Shown in pieces: positions 11,681 to 25,310 of a stretch of 64,000 nucleotides of DNA; the stretch's first letter is position 1, and each line of letters opens with the position of its first letter. The DNA comes from Squalus acanthias (lineage: Eukaryota): the NCBI GenBank assembly GCA_030390025.1, contig CM059433.1, positions 30,320,001 through 30,384,000 on the forward strand, read 5' to 3'. The notes under the pieces are model-generated. The model was not told the DNA's origin. It worked only from the letters and a program-made list of their open reading frames with translations, and ran no database searches. The translations under genes were made by a program, and so were the position numbers.

Positions 11681-12351
11681 GGTTCTTTTTTTTGCCAATT
11701 ACATTAAATCTATGTCCTTGGCTACCGACCATCCTGCCAGTGGAAACAGTTTCTCCCTATCTTCTCTATCAAGACCCCAAATATAAACCTTTACTGACTT
11801 GGTTTACAGTTGGTTTTGTTTTGGAGTTGAACATGAAAACCAGCTCCCTCGATGGCTCCGTGCATTGTTTGATGTGGCCTTGAGCCACACAGTGCAAAAT
11901 AGCCCCCAGGTTTGAGCTGGGTTCGCTGATCTCACCTGCGGCAACAACTGGGATGGTACAATTGACCTTGGCCTAGGGTAGGGGGACAAATTCTGGGGGG
12001 GTTGGGGGCATGTGGGGTGGGGTATATTTTCATCTTTAGCCGTTGTGGTCTGGAGCTTTTTGTTCTGGGAGTGCATATTGGGAAACTGGGTGCATGCTTG
12101 ATGCAAGGGCCCATGATTTTCTACCCATCAATAATAATGGGTAAAACATCATGAGGCTGTGAATTGCGTACACCCCCCAATAGGTGGCGGTATCCTGTCT
12201 CAGCTGAGGCCTACTACTTCCAATGACTATGCAGTGACCTCTGCTGAAAGGTTAAGTGCAAGCGGATGTTGGGCGAGGACACGATCAGGCTTAGTTGCGA
12301 TTCCCTCCACGGTTAAATATCCTGCTGTCGTTAATGCCACACGAAGAACGC

Positions 12352-12785
12352 CAGCCATGGCTCAATGAGTAACATTCTTGGCTTGGAGTTAGAAGGTTGT
12401 GAGTTCAAGTCCCACTTCAGAGACTTGAGTGCAAAATCTAGGCTGACACTCCAGTACACGTACTGAGGGAGTGCTACACTGTCGGAGGTGCCGTATTTTG
12501 GATGAGGTGTTAAACTGAGGGCCCGTTTGCTCTCTCAGGTGGACGTAAAAGATCCCATGGCACTATTTCGAAGAAGAGCAGAGGAGTTCTTCCCCAGTGT
12601 CCTGGCCAATATTTATCCCTCAACCACCTCCTGTTTGTGGGACCTCGCTGCATGTAAATCGGCTGCCACGTTTATACATTACAACAGTGACTACACTTCA
12701 AAAAGTTCTTCATTGGCTGGAAAGTGCTTTGGGACGTCTTGAGGTTGTAAAAGGCACTATAGAAATGGGAGTTCTTTTATTCTTT
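12352..12785 (+). mobile_element. Deu-domain tRNA-SINE
   Basis: Same head, core and tail as 5458-5910. Confidence 0.8.
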
Positions 12786-13016
12786 CACTTTAGTAAGCTG
12801 CTGGCACCTGTGCAACCGTACTACAGCAAGAGCCGACATCTTTAGAACAAGAGGGGAGAAATTGGGACACTATAAAAAATCCATACATGCACAAAGTGTA
12901 CCCATGTTCTCCAGAAATAAAAAACACAGCATTCAAAGGCAGCCCTTCACAAGGCTTCACTCGCATGAAGTTCTGCTTTTCAATCTGTGCAAAATATCAA
13001 ACTATGCGATCCAGTT

Positions 13017-13400
13017 ACATAGACTTACATAGAATCTACAGCGCAGAAACAGGCCATTCGGCCCAACAAGTCTATGCCGGCGTTTATGCTCCACACGAGC
13101 CTCCTCCCACTCTAATTCATCTAACCCTATCAGCATAACCTTCTATTCCTTTCTGCCTCATGTGTTTATTTCCCTTTAAATGCATCTATGCTATTCGCCT
13201 CAACTACTCCTTGTGGTAGCAACTTCCACATTCTTACCTTTCTTTGGTTAAAGTAGTTTCTCCTGAATTCCCTGTTGGGTTTATTAGTGACTATCTTATA
13301 TTTATGACCCCTACTTTTGGTCTCTCCCATGAGTGGAAACATCTTCTCTACATCTATCCTATAAAACCCTTTCAAAATCTTAATGACCTTTATTAGCTAA
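13017..13400 (-). mobile_element. CR1 3'-end fragment
   Basis: ORF 13166-13375 reads KMFPLMGETKSRGHKYKI...FRRNYF, a CR1 C-terminal motif. Confidence 0.8.
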
Positions 13401-13726
13401 GCAGAAGGGATAGTTTTTCCATGTTTTGGGACTGCTATGAATCCTATACTTTATCAGAATCACAACTGGGTGAGTGTAGCACTTTGTGAAAAGAAAAACA
13501 AAGACCAAATTAAGTCCAAGTCAATAAAGGTTCCATTTCTGACGAGCTTGGTTGTAGAACATCTGAATTTAACAGGACCCATCTGAACTGGGTTCAGTTT
13601 GCACTGTAGGGCTCAGTGATGTGGTGGATCTTAATATGTGTTCATGCAAAGGAAAACAACCCCTCCTATAGGGGTATGGTGAATGTCAATGACCCAAGGA
13701 TCCAGCTGAGCTATCCTTTAAAGGGG

Positions 13727-14332
13727 TATACTGTATTCGTTGCTCACGATGCGGTCTCCTCTACATTGGGGAGACCAAACGCAGATTGGGTGACCGCTTT
13801 GAGGAACACCTCCGTTCAGTCCGTAAGGGTGACCCCGAGCTTCCGGTCGCTTGTCACATTAATTCTCCGCTCCACTCCCACTCAGACCTCACCGTCCTCG
13901 GCCTCTTACACTGTTCCAATAAAGCTCAAAGTAAGCTCGAGGAACAGCACCTCATCTTTCGATTAGGCACTTTACAGCCTTCTGGACTCAACATTGAGTT
14001 CAACAATTTCAGACTATAACCTCTGCCCCTATTTTTTCACATGGCAGCTGTTGACGATTCTGCCATCCCCATTTGCAACATTTAATCACTTCTGCCTTCC
14101 ACCCTAGCACAGACCGTCTCTTTTGTTCTTTTCTCCCCCTCCCCCCTTTCCCTGCCTCTGCACCTGCTTAAAGCCTGTTACATCTCTAACTTTTTCCAGT
14201 TCTGACAAAAGGCCACACACCTGAAACGTTAACTCTGTTTCTCTCTCCACGGATGCTGCCTGGCCTGCTGAGTGTTTCCAGCATTTTCTGTTGTTATTTC
14301 AGATTTCCAGCATCTGCAGTATTTTGTTATTG
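13727..14332 (+). mobile_element. Penelope-like family A 3' fragment (GIY-YIG end and 3' UTR, degenerate hammerhead)
   Basis: GDRFEEHLRSVRKGDPELPVACH...GLNIEFNNFR; hammerhead core mutated to CTGACAA. Confidence 0.85.
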
Positions 14333-14587
14333 TATCCTTTAAAGGGTGCCAGTTCACAAGATGGCCATGAAGCTGTCGGATTGTCGCAAAAACCCAACTG
14401 GTTCACTCATGTCCTTTAGAGAAGTGAATCTGCGGTCCTTACCTAGTCTGGGCCTCTATCTAACTCCAGTCCCCACACCTTGAGATTGACTCTTAGTTGC
14501 CTTCTGAAGTGTTGCATCAACTGCTGTCAGAGGTACAAGAAGCAGGCGGCTCACCACCACCTTCGCAAAGGCAACTAAGGATAATGG

Positions 14588-14855
14588 GTATGCCATTTAA
14601 GACTGAGATGAGGAGGAATTTCTTCACTCAGAGGCATTGTGAATCTTTGGAATTCTCTACCCCAAAGGGCTGTGGATGCTGAATCGTTGAGTATATTCAA
14701 GGCTGAGATAGATAGATTTTTGGACTGGGGAGGAATCAAGGGATATGGAGATCGGGCGAGCAAGTGAAGTTGAGGTCAAAGATCAGCCATGATCTTATTG
14801 AATGGCAGAGCAGGCTTGAGGGGCCGTATGGCCTACTCCTGCTCATAATTCCTTT
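14588..14855 (+). mobile_element. CR1 3'-end fragment nested in a SINE
   Basis: FKTEMRRNFFTQR motif and 3' UTR GATCAGCCATGATCTTATTGAATGG. Confidence 0.7.
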
Positions 14856-15546
14856 GTTTCAATATTCTAAGGTTGGCATTAAATGCCAGCCTTGCCAGCA
14901 ATGCCCACATCCCGAGAATGAATAATAAAACAAAAAAAACACTCTTATTTCAACAAGGAGGTCTGATTTCATGTGCATTAATATATTATGAATCAAATCT
15001 CTAGTAAATATAGATTTTTTTAAAAAAATTCAATTGAAAAACAATCAATTCTGACTTATCAGAAATGTTTTCTTCTGGCTTCAAGAGCGTTTACTCCTTG
15101 CGGACAACACAGCAAATGATAAATTCAGGCCGGCATTGCAACAGTATAAATGCATTCAAATAATAAAAAAACTGCAATTGTAGTGAACATTTAAGCAATC
15201 CAATTGTTCTGATTTGTTTGTTGAATTCAAGAGTAGCAGCCAGCTCTGCGATCTGATTGGCTACTGTTCTCGATTGGATTCAAAATCCCATAATCCCACA
15301 GCTCAAATATTCACAGCCTGCACTGATTTATTCCATAAAATGTGACAAAATGATTGCTCTTCCTCGCGTGAATGATCTATACAACTGCAAAATTCAAGTT
15401 GTGCATCCCATAGAATCATACAGCATGGAAGGAAGTCATTCGACCCATCGTGCCTGTGCCAGCTCTTCGGTAGAGCTATCCAATTAGTCCCACTCCCCTG
15501 TTCTTTCCCCTTAGCCCTGCAAATATTTCCTTTTCAAGGAATTATC

Positions 15547-18500
15547 TGCAATACAGCCACCTGGTGGACTACTGATGTATATAATAATAAAGCCATATGC
15601 AGTACAGTTCTTACCGGAAGCCATGTTGTGCTGTTGTATATATATGCTGTGTCTCAAGATATCACAGAATTGGCTATGAGGATGCGATTGCAGATTCCCT
15701 AGCTGAGACCTTTGTTGGAGGATAATCCTGCCAACCGATGGAGAGACTGTTAGAGGTTTTTGGTTTTGCAGAAAAATGTAAAAATCCGAAGTAAATTTCG
15801 AGCACACGTGGCTGAACTGTCGACGTTGCCAGAGTCCATATGGTCGTGCCTATGGGAATAATAGGGTGCTTGGGTGAGTTCCATCATGACCGAGAGACTT
15901 TCGGAGCGTATGTGGAGCAGCTAGATAAGTTTTTCACCGCAAACAGTATCGTCGAAGTCCCCGATGATGTAAACCACAACCAGACGGTTTTAGAAATGAA
16001 ACGGACTATTTTTTTGACTGAAGCAGGCCCCGAGGTGTATGAAATCTTGAAAAATTTGCTTGTTCCGCCAAGCCGAAGGACATGCCACTGAAGGAGATCC
16101 TAACCAAGATAGAACAGCACTACAGTCCTGAGCCCCTGGAAATTGCTGAAAGTTATCATTTTGGAACACGTGATCAATTAAATGACGAGGGTATCAGTGA
16201 GTACATTGTAGCTTTAAAAAGCTATCCATTCACTGTCATTTCGGAAACTTTCAGGACCGAGCTTTGCGTGACCGCTTTGTTTGTGGGTTGAAAAATGAAC
16301 GTATCAGAAGTAAATTGTTGACAACCCCTAACTTGACTTTTGACTTAGCTTGTCGGACAGCTATGTCGATGGATATGGCCGACCGATACTCCAGAGAGTG
16401 CCGTGCCATTGCCAGTCGTCAGACAACCGAGGGGAATCGGCTGTAGGCTAAAAGTAAAAAGCAGTTGGGCCCCAAGGCCTCAGTAACTGGCCAAGGTAAC
16501 AGTGCATTGAAGTCGTGCTATCGGTGCCTGGGACAACACATCACTCAAAGCTGTGAAGGCAGAGTGTTTCAACTGCAAGAAAACTGGGCATCTTGTGAAG
16601 GCGTGCCGACAGAAGAGTAAACCGACTGGCAATGCTAGAAGTGGAAATTGCCAGACACTACATACCATTGAAGAGAAGCAGTAGGACGAGGAGTTTCGGG
16701 AGATTCCCGTCATCAGGAGCACAAAGGTATCGTCATCCAAGTAGATGTCGCAGGAACCAGGATACCCATGGAAATCGACACTGGTTCATCCGTGAGCATA
16801 GTACTATATCGCGACAAGTTACGTGATTATCGACTAGAGAAATCGAAGGTAGAGCTGCGAGGCTACTCAGGAGAGCAAATCCCTGTAGTAGGAAGTGTCA
16901 CCATACCAGTGAAATACAAGGATCAGTGTCAGAGCTTGCCTCTCATAGTAGTGGCAGGAGACAAGCCTGCCTTGATAGGTAGAAATTGGTTGGGATCACT
17001 GAAGCTGGATTGGAATGAGATTTTTCGTGTGGAAGCGAAATTTGCATCGAAAGATGATGTCATCAAGCAGTATCCGAAGGTGTTCGGCGAAACGGGCAGT
17101 CCGATCTAAGACTTCAAGGCGAGTGTCAGAGTGCAGAAGAATGCAAGACCAGTTTCCTGCAAGCCACGTCCCGTACCATATGCCCTCAAGGAGAAAGTTG
17201 AGCAAAAACTCAAAAGACTAGAAACTGAGAACATTATCTCTAAGGTAGATCTGAGTAATTGGGCTACACCCATTGTTGTTGTACCTAAGTCAGATGGTAA
17301 GGTAAGGTTGTGTGGTGATTATAAGGTAACCATAAACCAGGTTCTAGAGTGTAATCACTACGTTGCCAAATGTGGAAGATTTGTTCACAACGCTGACAGG
17401 TGGCCAGATCTTTTCGAAGTTAGATCTAACAAACGCCTACCTACAACTTGAGTTAGATGAAGAATCCAAGTCATGCTTGACTATAAATACTCACTGAGGC
17501 CTATATCAGTTCAATAGGCTACCATTTGGAGTGTCTTCTGCCCCTGACATATTCCTGGGGTGATGAACCAAACTTTGCAAGGGATTGAAGGGGTAGTGTG
17601 TTCTTTGGATGACATAATCATTTCAGCACCAAACAGGCAAATCCATGATGAGGTGTTGAATGAAGTGCTCAAACAGCTAGAGAAGCACAGAGTACAAGTG
17701 ACAGCTCACAAGTGTGAGTTGTTTCAAAACTCAGTGCAGTACTTAGGGCACAGAGTAGACAAAGATGGTTTACATCCAACCAAGGGAAAGCTGGATACAA
17801 TCAGAAATGCACCCACTCCCAAGAATGTCTCTGAACTTCGATCATTTTTGAGTCTTTTGAATTATTATGGAAAGTTCCTCCCAAATTTGGCTACATTGTT
17901 ACATCCACTGAATGAGCTGTTGAGAAAACAGGTCCCTTGGAAGTGGTCAAAAGAATGCGACACAGCATTCAAAGAGTGTAAAAGCCAGTTAGTAGAGAGT
18001 ACCATGTTAGTTCACTATGATGTATCTAAGGAGATCAACCTAGCGTGTGACACCTCTCCATACGGAGTTGGGGCAGTGACCTCTCATGTACTAGATAGTG
18101 GGGAGGAGAGACCAATTGCTTTTGCTTCACGCAATCTCAGTGCCAGTGAGTGGAATTATGCACAGATAGAAAGGGAAGCTTTGTCATTGATTTTTGGGAT
18201 CAAGAAGTTTCACAAATACTTGTTTGGTTGTAAGTTTACCATAGTTACTGACCATAAGCCCCTGACAGCAATCCTCCATCCAAAGTCCCCAGTTCCAACC
18301 TTAGCTGCAGCCCGAATGCATAGATGGGCTTTGATTTTGTCAGCGTATACGTATGACATTGAGTACAGACGATCAGCTGATCACAGTAATGCTGATGCTA
18401 TGTCCAGGTTGCCAGCCCCATCACAAGTTACACCCAATAAGGAAGAAGTGTTCTATTTCTCAGACATTGATGAGCTGCCAGTCACAGCTGAAGAGATTGG

Positions 18501-20208
18501 TAGGGCAACCAAACGTGACCCAATTATGTCAAAGATGTATGATTACATAGCAAATGGATGGCCAAACCAGGTATCAGAGGAATATATCCATCCATACTTC
18601 GTTCATAGGAAGGAATTGTCAGTGGATAAAGATTGTATCATGTCGGGAGCAAGAGTGGTTATCCCAAATAGGTTCAGGTCTAAATTGTTAGGAGATCTTC
18701 ATGACCAGCACCTGGGAATGTGCTTGACCAAGAGCTTTGCACACAGTCACTTATGGTGGCCAGGTTTAGACAAAGAGATAGAGTACATAGTGAGTCAGTG
18801 TACAACATGCCAATCGATGAGCAGGAAACCACCATCAGTGCCATTACAGCCATGGAAATGGCCTCCTAGAGTGTGGCAAAGTTTACAGTAAGATTTTGCT
18901 GAGGTAGAAGGACAGCAATTGTTCATAGTGATAGATAGTCACTCAAAGTGGGTAGAGGTGTATCCGATGCGGATAATAACAAGCAAAACACTAGACAATT
19001 TGTGAAGATTGTTTTCTTCATATGGCCTCCCAGAAGAAATTGTGTCTGATAATGGAACGCAATTTTGTTCAGAAGAGTTCACACAGTTCATGAGCAGAAA
19101 TGGTGTGAAACATACCAAAGTTCCACCGTACCACCCTGCTTCAAATGGTGCAGCGGAGCACACAGTACAAATTGTCAAATGTGCCCTCATCAAGCAAATG
19201 TTGGATCCAAATCCAAAGAAATGTCAGTTGTCATTGGATCACAAACTGGCAAATTTTCTGATTACCTATTGGAATACTCCTCATACCACTACTGGTAGAA
19301 AACCAGCAGAGTTGTTTCTCAAACGACAGCCACAAACCAGGTTCTCGTTGTTAAAGCCAAACTTGGCACAGTCCGTAGAAGAGAAACAATCAAGGCAGAA
19401 AGAGAGTCATGATAAAGGTAGAGTTAGAGAGATAAGTGTGAAGTTGAGCCAGAAGGTTAGAGTGAAGAAGCATCACCATAAATGGTTAAAGTGGTTACCA
19501 GGAAGAGTAGTGAAGATATGTGGCCCTCGCACATATTTGGTCAAGATGTTTGATCATGGAAAGGTTAGATTTGTTCACATTGATCATATCTTACTTACAG
19601 ATGTGGAAGGAGTTGAAAGCTGGGATGATTTGATTTATTGTGATGAGTCAGATAATCTTGATACAAGCAGAGTACCAGTAGCAAATCCTACATCAGACGT
19701 ACCAGAAACAAGTCCAAGACAAAGTCAGAATTTAAGTCTGAGCCCAAGTCAGGCAGATAAACAGTCTGAAAGTGTAGAGAGTCCAAATGTAGATCAAGGT
19801 CAGCCCTTGGAGAAAAATTCTCCGCAGGCTCAGCCTAGAATGAGTCAAAGTCCTACAACAAAATCTGAAAGTTCTGTTCAAGAAAGAAGGTATCTTCTTC
19901 GAAACAGAAAACCAGTGGTTAAGTTTAATATGTAAATATGGAAAATAATTTCATATCTTTTGTTTGTGTTACAGAATTCTATAATAGAATTTGGAAACAT
20001 AAAATGTATACCAAGAGTTGTGTATACCATGCAAGTCATGTACAATGATTACTTGCTATGATTAACTTCTTCAATAAGGAGGGAGAAGTGTAATAGAGTC
20101 ACCTGGTGGACTACTGATGTATATAATAATAAAGCCATATGCAGTACAGTTCTTACCGGAAGCCATGTTGTGCTGTTGTATATATATGCTGTGTCTCAAG
20201 ATATCACA
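15547..20208 (+). mobile_element. Full-length but decayed Ty3/Gypsy (Mag-like) LTR retrotransposon
   Basis: 120-bp LTRs at 15547-15666 and 20089-20208 (TG...CA); TATC TSD at 15543-15546 and 20209-20212; PBS TGGCTATGAGGATGCGATT (15671-15689) resembling the tRNA-Ser(GCT) 3' complement; PPT AAGGAGGGAGAAG. It interrupts a CR1 3' end that rejoins across the TSD. Confidence 0.95.
15840..19935 (+). pseudogene. Gypsy gag-pol remnants (gag, protease, RT, RNase H, integrase) with several stops and frameshifts
   Basis: gag CFNCKKTGHLVKAC knuckle; protease IDTGS; RT WATPIVVVPK..RLCGDYK..LDD; RNase H LACDTSPYGVGAV..YAQIEREAL..TDHKPL; integrase HDQH..CTTC..SDNG..HPASNGAAE. Confidence 0.92.
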
Positions 20209-20719
20209 TATCCAATTCCCTTTTGAAAGTTATTATTGAATCTGCTTCCACCACCCTTTCAGGCAGTGAATTCCAGGTCACAACTCGCTGAGTAAAAAAA
20301 TTCTCCTTATCTCCCCTCTGGTTCTTTTGCCAATTACCCAGTCATCGACGTGTATCTTAAAATCATTCTCTCTCTTTCTTGGGGAATAGCACAAAGTAAA
20401 GTTACAAAACGAAGAAGGGCTCCACTGGCAATGAAATGAGATTTCATTGAATTTTAGCCAATAGGTGACTTTTGTTGCTTAGCATTGTGTATTTATGTCA
20501 TTTGTGTGTCTGTTTTCTAGGGAAGCCGGCAGATAGGGTACTGCAATAAATAGATTGGTGCCTACAGTTTGTGGCTCTAATCTTAGTCCTTTGTTTGTGC
20601 ATTTAATGATTTTGACTTTGCTTTTGAAAGACTCAGGCCCTGTTGGGAACTACTGCCTGATAAGTTCACACAGTGCTGGTTAAATCTGCAATTCACTGCA
20701 GTCCCACATTCATCAAGTA

Positions 20720-21445
20720 GAAAGAAAGAACTTGCATTTATATAGCGCCTTTCACAACCTCAGGATGTCCCAAAGCCAATGAATTACTTTTGAACAGCAA
20801 CCATCGTTGTAATATAGGAAATGCGGCAACTAATTTACGCACAGCAAGCTCCCACAAACAGCAATGAGATAATGACCAGTTAATCTATTTTTAGATGTTG
20901 GTTGAGGGATAAATATTGATCCCTCCTCTTCTTCGAAATAGAGTCAGAGAGTATTAACGGCACAGAAGGAGGCCATTCGACCCATCGAGTCCGTGCCGGC
21001 TCTCTGTGGAGCAATCCAGTCAGTCCCATTCCCCCGCTCTATCCCCGTAGCCCTGCAAGTTTATTTCCCTCAAGTGCCTATTCAGTCTCCCCTTGAAAAC
21101 ATTGAGTGTCTCCGTTTCCACCACTTCCGTCGGCAGCGAGTTCCAGGTCCTCACCACTCGCTGCGTAAAAAGTTTTCCCTCACATCCCCCCGTATCTCTT
21201 GCCCAAAACCTTAAATCTGTGACCCCCTAGTCCTTGTATATATATATAATAGTGCCATGGGATTCTTTTACGTCCATCTGGTTTAATGTCTCATCCAAAA
21301 GATGACACCACCGACAGTGCAGCACTCCCGCAGTACTGCACTGGGAATGCGACCCTGGATTATGTGCTCAAGTCTCTGGAGTGGGACTTGAACCCACGAC
21401 TTCCGACTCAGAGGTGAGAGTGCTACCAAACTAAGCCACGGCATA
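20720..21445 (-). mobile_element. Deu-domain SINE interrupted by a CR1 3' fragment (~20942-21240)
   Basis: SINE core resumes at AATAGTGCCATGGG (~21248) after the CR1 piece. Confidence 0.7.
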
Positions 21446-23053
21446 CACCGTGGAGTGTGGTATTTATTACAATTACATCAGCCAACATTCTTTTTCCGAT
21501 GTCGTGATATTACTCAGTGCAAAAAAAATTATTACCAGAAAAAAAAGTAAAGAAAATCTACAACAGACGATAATTGATATTTTATCAATACATTCTACGT
21601 ATATCACAATATAATTCTTTCCACCTCTGCCCGTGAGAATGATCCTTCTTACCCTTTATTCTATGTTCTAAAGCCTGTGAAATGAGGCAAAAAGTGATTT
21701 TAAATCCTGGCGTCTAAGATGATTAGAGGGACATCAATTATGGATGAATATGGAATTTCAGGTTAGGCTCGCTTTAGGCTTCTTTGCATTTAAAGATATT
21801 ACTGTCACTCAGATGGTTACTTGTACATTTATTTGAAGCGAAACCTGGGCAGGAATGCTTAAATTAATAATGACCAGCACAGAAACCAATACAGATTCAA
21901 TTTTCCAATGCTTGTTTGCAATATTATGTGTTGCTTTGTAATGAAACAACTTTAAGGAGACTTTACTTCTAAAATTGCATTTCTAGCTAGCAACGATTCT
22001 ATCTTCTTTTCTTCCTCTCCAATTTTAATCACTCCTCTCTGCTTACTGGCCCAAGGTCCCCAGGCACTAGGAGAGTTTTGGTAGTTCGCTCAGGTGACCA
22101 TTCCTCACTTGTGAGGCCAGTCAGTGAGTGTCGGCAGGCAAGAACAGGAAGGGAGGGTGGGGGTGGGGGGGCATCATAAGTGAGCGCCATTCCTTTCCCT
22201 CACCAACGCCGACACCCCCGCTCTTGTCCAATAGGGGTCACTGGAGAGAGTAAGTATAGGTGTACCAGGTGGAATAGCCACAGTAAGCTTTAAAAATATA
22301 TATCCACGTATTAAAGATTGATTCGTCAATGGTTGTAATGACTATACTAAGGTCAGGCACGAATGCTACAGAGAACTAATGCTCTCACTCATGTATGGAA
22401 TGCCCAGAGTGCCATAAAAAATGTAAATGTGAAAGGAATGCACCACAAATGGTAGCAGCTATATCAACAGCACACACACAGAACGCGATGACACATTGAA
22501 ACCACATTTGTCCTACATAATTAAATCTATGAAAGATACAACACACTGGAGCTCCTTTGGATCGTCAATCCTGAAGGAGTCCTTGGTATGTGACTATTGG
22601 TACCTATATCTCATATGCATTGTATGTAAGGGGTTGTGTTTTATTATCTCATTGACTTGATTTAGTAAAGAGTATTAACCAGACGTTTCAGTGTTTCCTA
22701 GTCCTCAAACTTGTATTAGAGGTAAAGGATGTCTGACAATATCCTATAATACTGCCACATACATAGAATTACAAAGAAACTGCAGCACAGAAACAGGCCA
22801 TTTGGCCCAACTGGTCTATGCCAGTGTTTATGCTTCACACAAGCCTTATCCCACTCTGCTTCATCTAATCCTATCAGCAGATCCTTCTATTCTTTCCTCC
22901 CTCATGTGTTTATCCAGCTTCCCCTTTAATGCATCTATGTTATTCGCCTCAACAACTCCATGTGGTAGCACGTTCCACATTCTAACCACTCTCTGGGTAA
23001 AGAAGTTTCTCGTGAATTCCCTATTTATTGGTGACTAACTTATATTTATGGTC

Positions 23054-24456
23054 ATACGATAGCAAAATACTGCGGATGCTGGAAATCCAAAATAACAACA
23101 GAAAACGCTGGAAAAACTCAGCAGGCCAGGCAACATCCGTGGAGAGAGAAAGAGAGTTAACGTTTCAGGTCGAAACCCTTCGTCGGAACTGAAAGAGCAA
23201 GAAATAAACAGATAAAAATGCAAGGGGGAGACTGGGGGGAGGAATAAAAGAACAAAAGGGATGGTCTTTAGTGAGTAGAGACATTGAGAGATGCTCAAGG
23301 CAAGACGAGATGGTAATGGGACAGGTTGAGAAACAAAAGGTAAGGTGTGATATGCTGGCAGAATCAGAGACAGCTGCCGTGGGGGGAGAGAGAGAAAAAA
23401 AGGAAAAAGGCACGGACCAAAAGTGTGGATAAAATGTATACATATGTGGTAGGGGCCGGGGTTATGATCTGAAATTGTTGAACTCGATATTGAGTCCGGA
23501 AGGCTGTAAAGTGCCTAAACGGAAGATGAGGTGCTGTTCCTGGAGTTTACGCTGCGCTTCCGTGGAACAATGCAAGAGGCCGAGGACGGTGAGGTCTGAG
23601 TGAGCGTGGAGTGGTGAATTAAAATGACAAGCGACCGGAAGCTCGGGGTCACCCTTCCGGACTGAACGGAGGTGTTCCGCAAAGCGGTCACCCAATCTGC
23701 GTTTGGTCTCCCCAATGTAGAGGAGACCACATCGTGAGCAGCGAATACAGTATACTAGATTGCAAGAAGTACAAGTAAATCGCTGTTTCACCTGGAAGGG
23801 GTGTTTGGGGCCCTGGAGAGTGGGAAGGGGGGATGTATAAGGGCAGGTGTTGCATCTCCTGCGCTTGCACGGGAAGGTGCCGGGTGAAGGGGAAGGGGTG
23901 CTGGGGGTGATAGAGGAGTGGACTAGGGTGTCTCGGAGGGAGCGGTCCCTACGGAATGCTGAAAGGGGAGGTGAGGGGAAGATACGTTTGGTGGTGGGAT
24001 CACGTTGGAGGTGGCGGAAATGGCGGAGGATGATCCGTTGAATGTGGAGGCTGGTGGGGTGAAAGGTGAGGACAAGGGGAACTCTATCGTGGTTCTGGGA
24101 GGGAGGGGCCGGGGTGAGGGCAGAAGTGTGGGAGATGGAACGGACACGGTCGAGGGCCGTGTTGACCACGGTAGAGGGGAATCCTCGGTTGAGGAAAAAG
24201 GAAGACATGTCGGAAGCACTGGTATGGAAGGTGGCATCGTCGGAGCAGATGCGGCGGAGACGGAGAAACTGGGAGAAGGGAATAGAGTCCTTACAGGAGG
24301 CGGGGTGGGAGGAAGTGTAGTCCAGGTAGCTGTGGGAGTCAGTGGGCTTGTAGTGAATGTTGGTCAATAACCTATCCCCAGAGATGGAGACGGAGAAGTC
24401 GAGGAAGGGGAGGGAAGAGTCGGAGATGGACCATGTGAAGGTGATGGACCATGTGA
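23054..24456 (-). mobile_element. 5'-truncated Penelope-like family A element (RT thumb, Cys linker, GIY-YIG); ORF 23462-24367 is intact
   Basis: YKPTDSHSYLDYTSSHP, PCKRRRCNTC, NLVYCIRC..LYIGETKRRL. ATGGTC flanks both ends (23048-23053, 24457-24462) inside a CR1 fragment. Confidence 0.9.
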
Positions 24457-24608
24457 ATGGTCCCTAGTTTTGGGCTCCTCACAAGTGGAAACATTTTCTC
24501 TATACCTACCCAATCAAACCCCATTCATAGTCTTAAAGACCTCTATCAGGCCATCTCTCAGCTGAGAGAAAGGCGTCCGAGCCTGCTCAGCCTTTCCTGA
24601 TAGTTATA

Positions 24609-25310
24609 GGGGTAAGAATTGGGTAGCGCCCCCTACCTTCGCCGGGGCGCTAATTTTAGCACCCCGAAAAAGTTAGCACCCCCGCAGCCAATTTTCCCAG
24701 GTAGCGCCCCGAGAGGGAGGAGGGGCGCTACTGGAAGCGTCCCGCGTCCCTCTTGGGGCGCTGAGAGCCAATATCGCAGCGCTACGTGCCGCAGCACCAC
24801 GCTCTGCGGCACGTTGCACCATGGTACTGCAGGCCTTCCTCCCCTTATTAAAGGGGAGGGGCCTGGCGCAGCACATCCCGGCGCCCAGCTGGGCCACCAG
24901 GGATTGAGAGTGCCGGCAAATGAGCCCGGCACTCAAGAGGAGTGCCGGACTCACGGAGAGCAGCAGGCACCCTGCGGGGGGGGGGGGCTTCATGGGGGCC
25001 GGGGACAGCAACGGGGACAGGTGCTGGCAGGTGGCCAGCAATTAAAATGGCCGCCCGCCACCTCCCCTTTAACCAGCGCTGCCCTGGCCACAGGTAGGCC
25101 CCCCTGACCCCGGTGGACATAGCATCCGGCGGTATGTCGGGGGAGCCACCCAATATTACAGCTGGGGCGCGAGCGGGGTGCTGCGCACGGCGATGACGTC
25201 ATCGCCGGCGGCGCAGCGCCGCCGCTAACCTCCCGCTAAATTTCGTGGGAGGTGTTAGCGGAGCCGCGCCCAGGCGCTAGTTGATTTGAGCCCCGTTAGC
25301 GCCCTCTTAG
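24609..25310. mobile_element. Harbinger-like MITE, one end truncated
   Basis: Reverse-complement homolog of 51497-52196; starts GGGGTAAGAATTGGG; AGCGCC repeats. Confidence 0.65.

Noticed and set aside
24619..25202. Several long overlapping ORFs in GC-rich segments (also 10215-10595, 51725-52200, 58147-58576)
   Set aside because: Stop-poor GC-rich MITE sequence; no transposase or other domain recognised.
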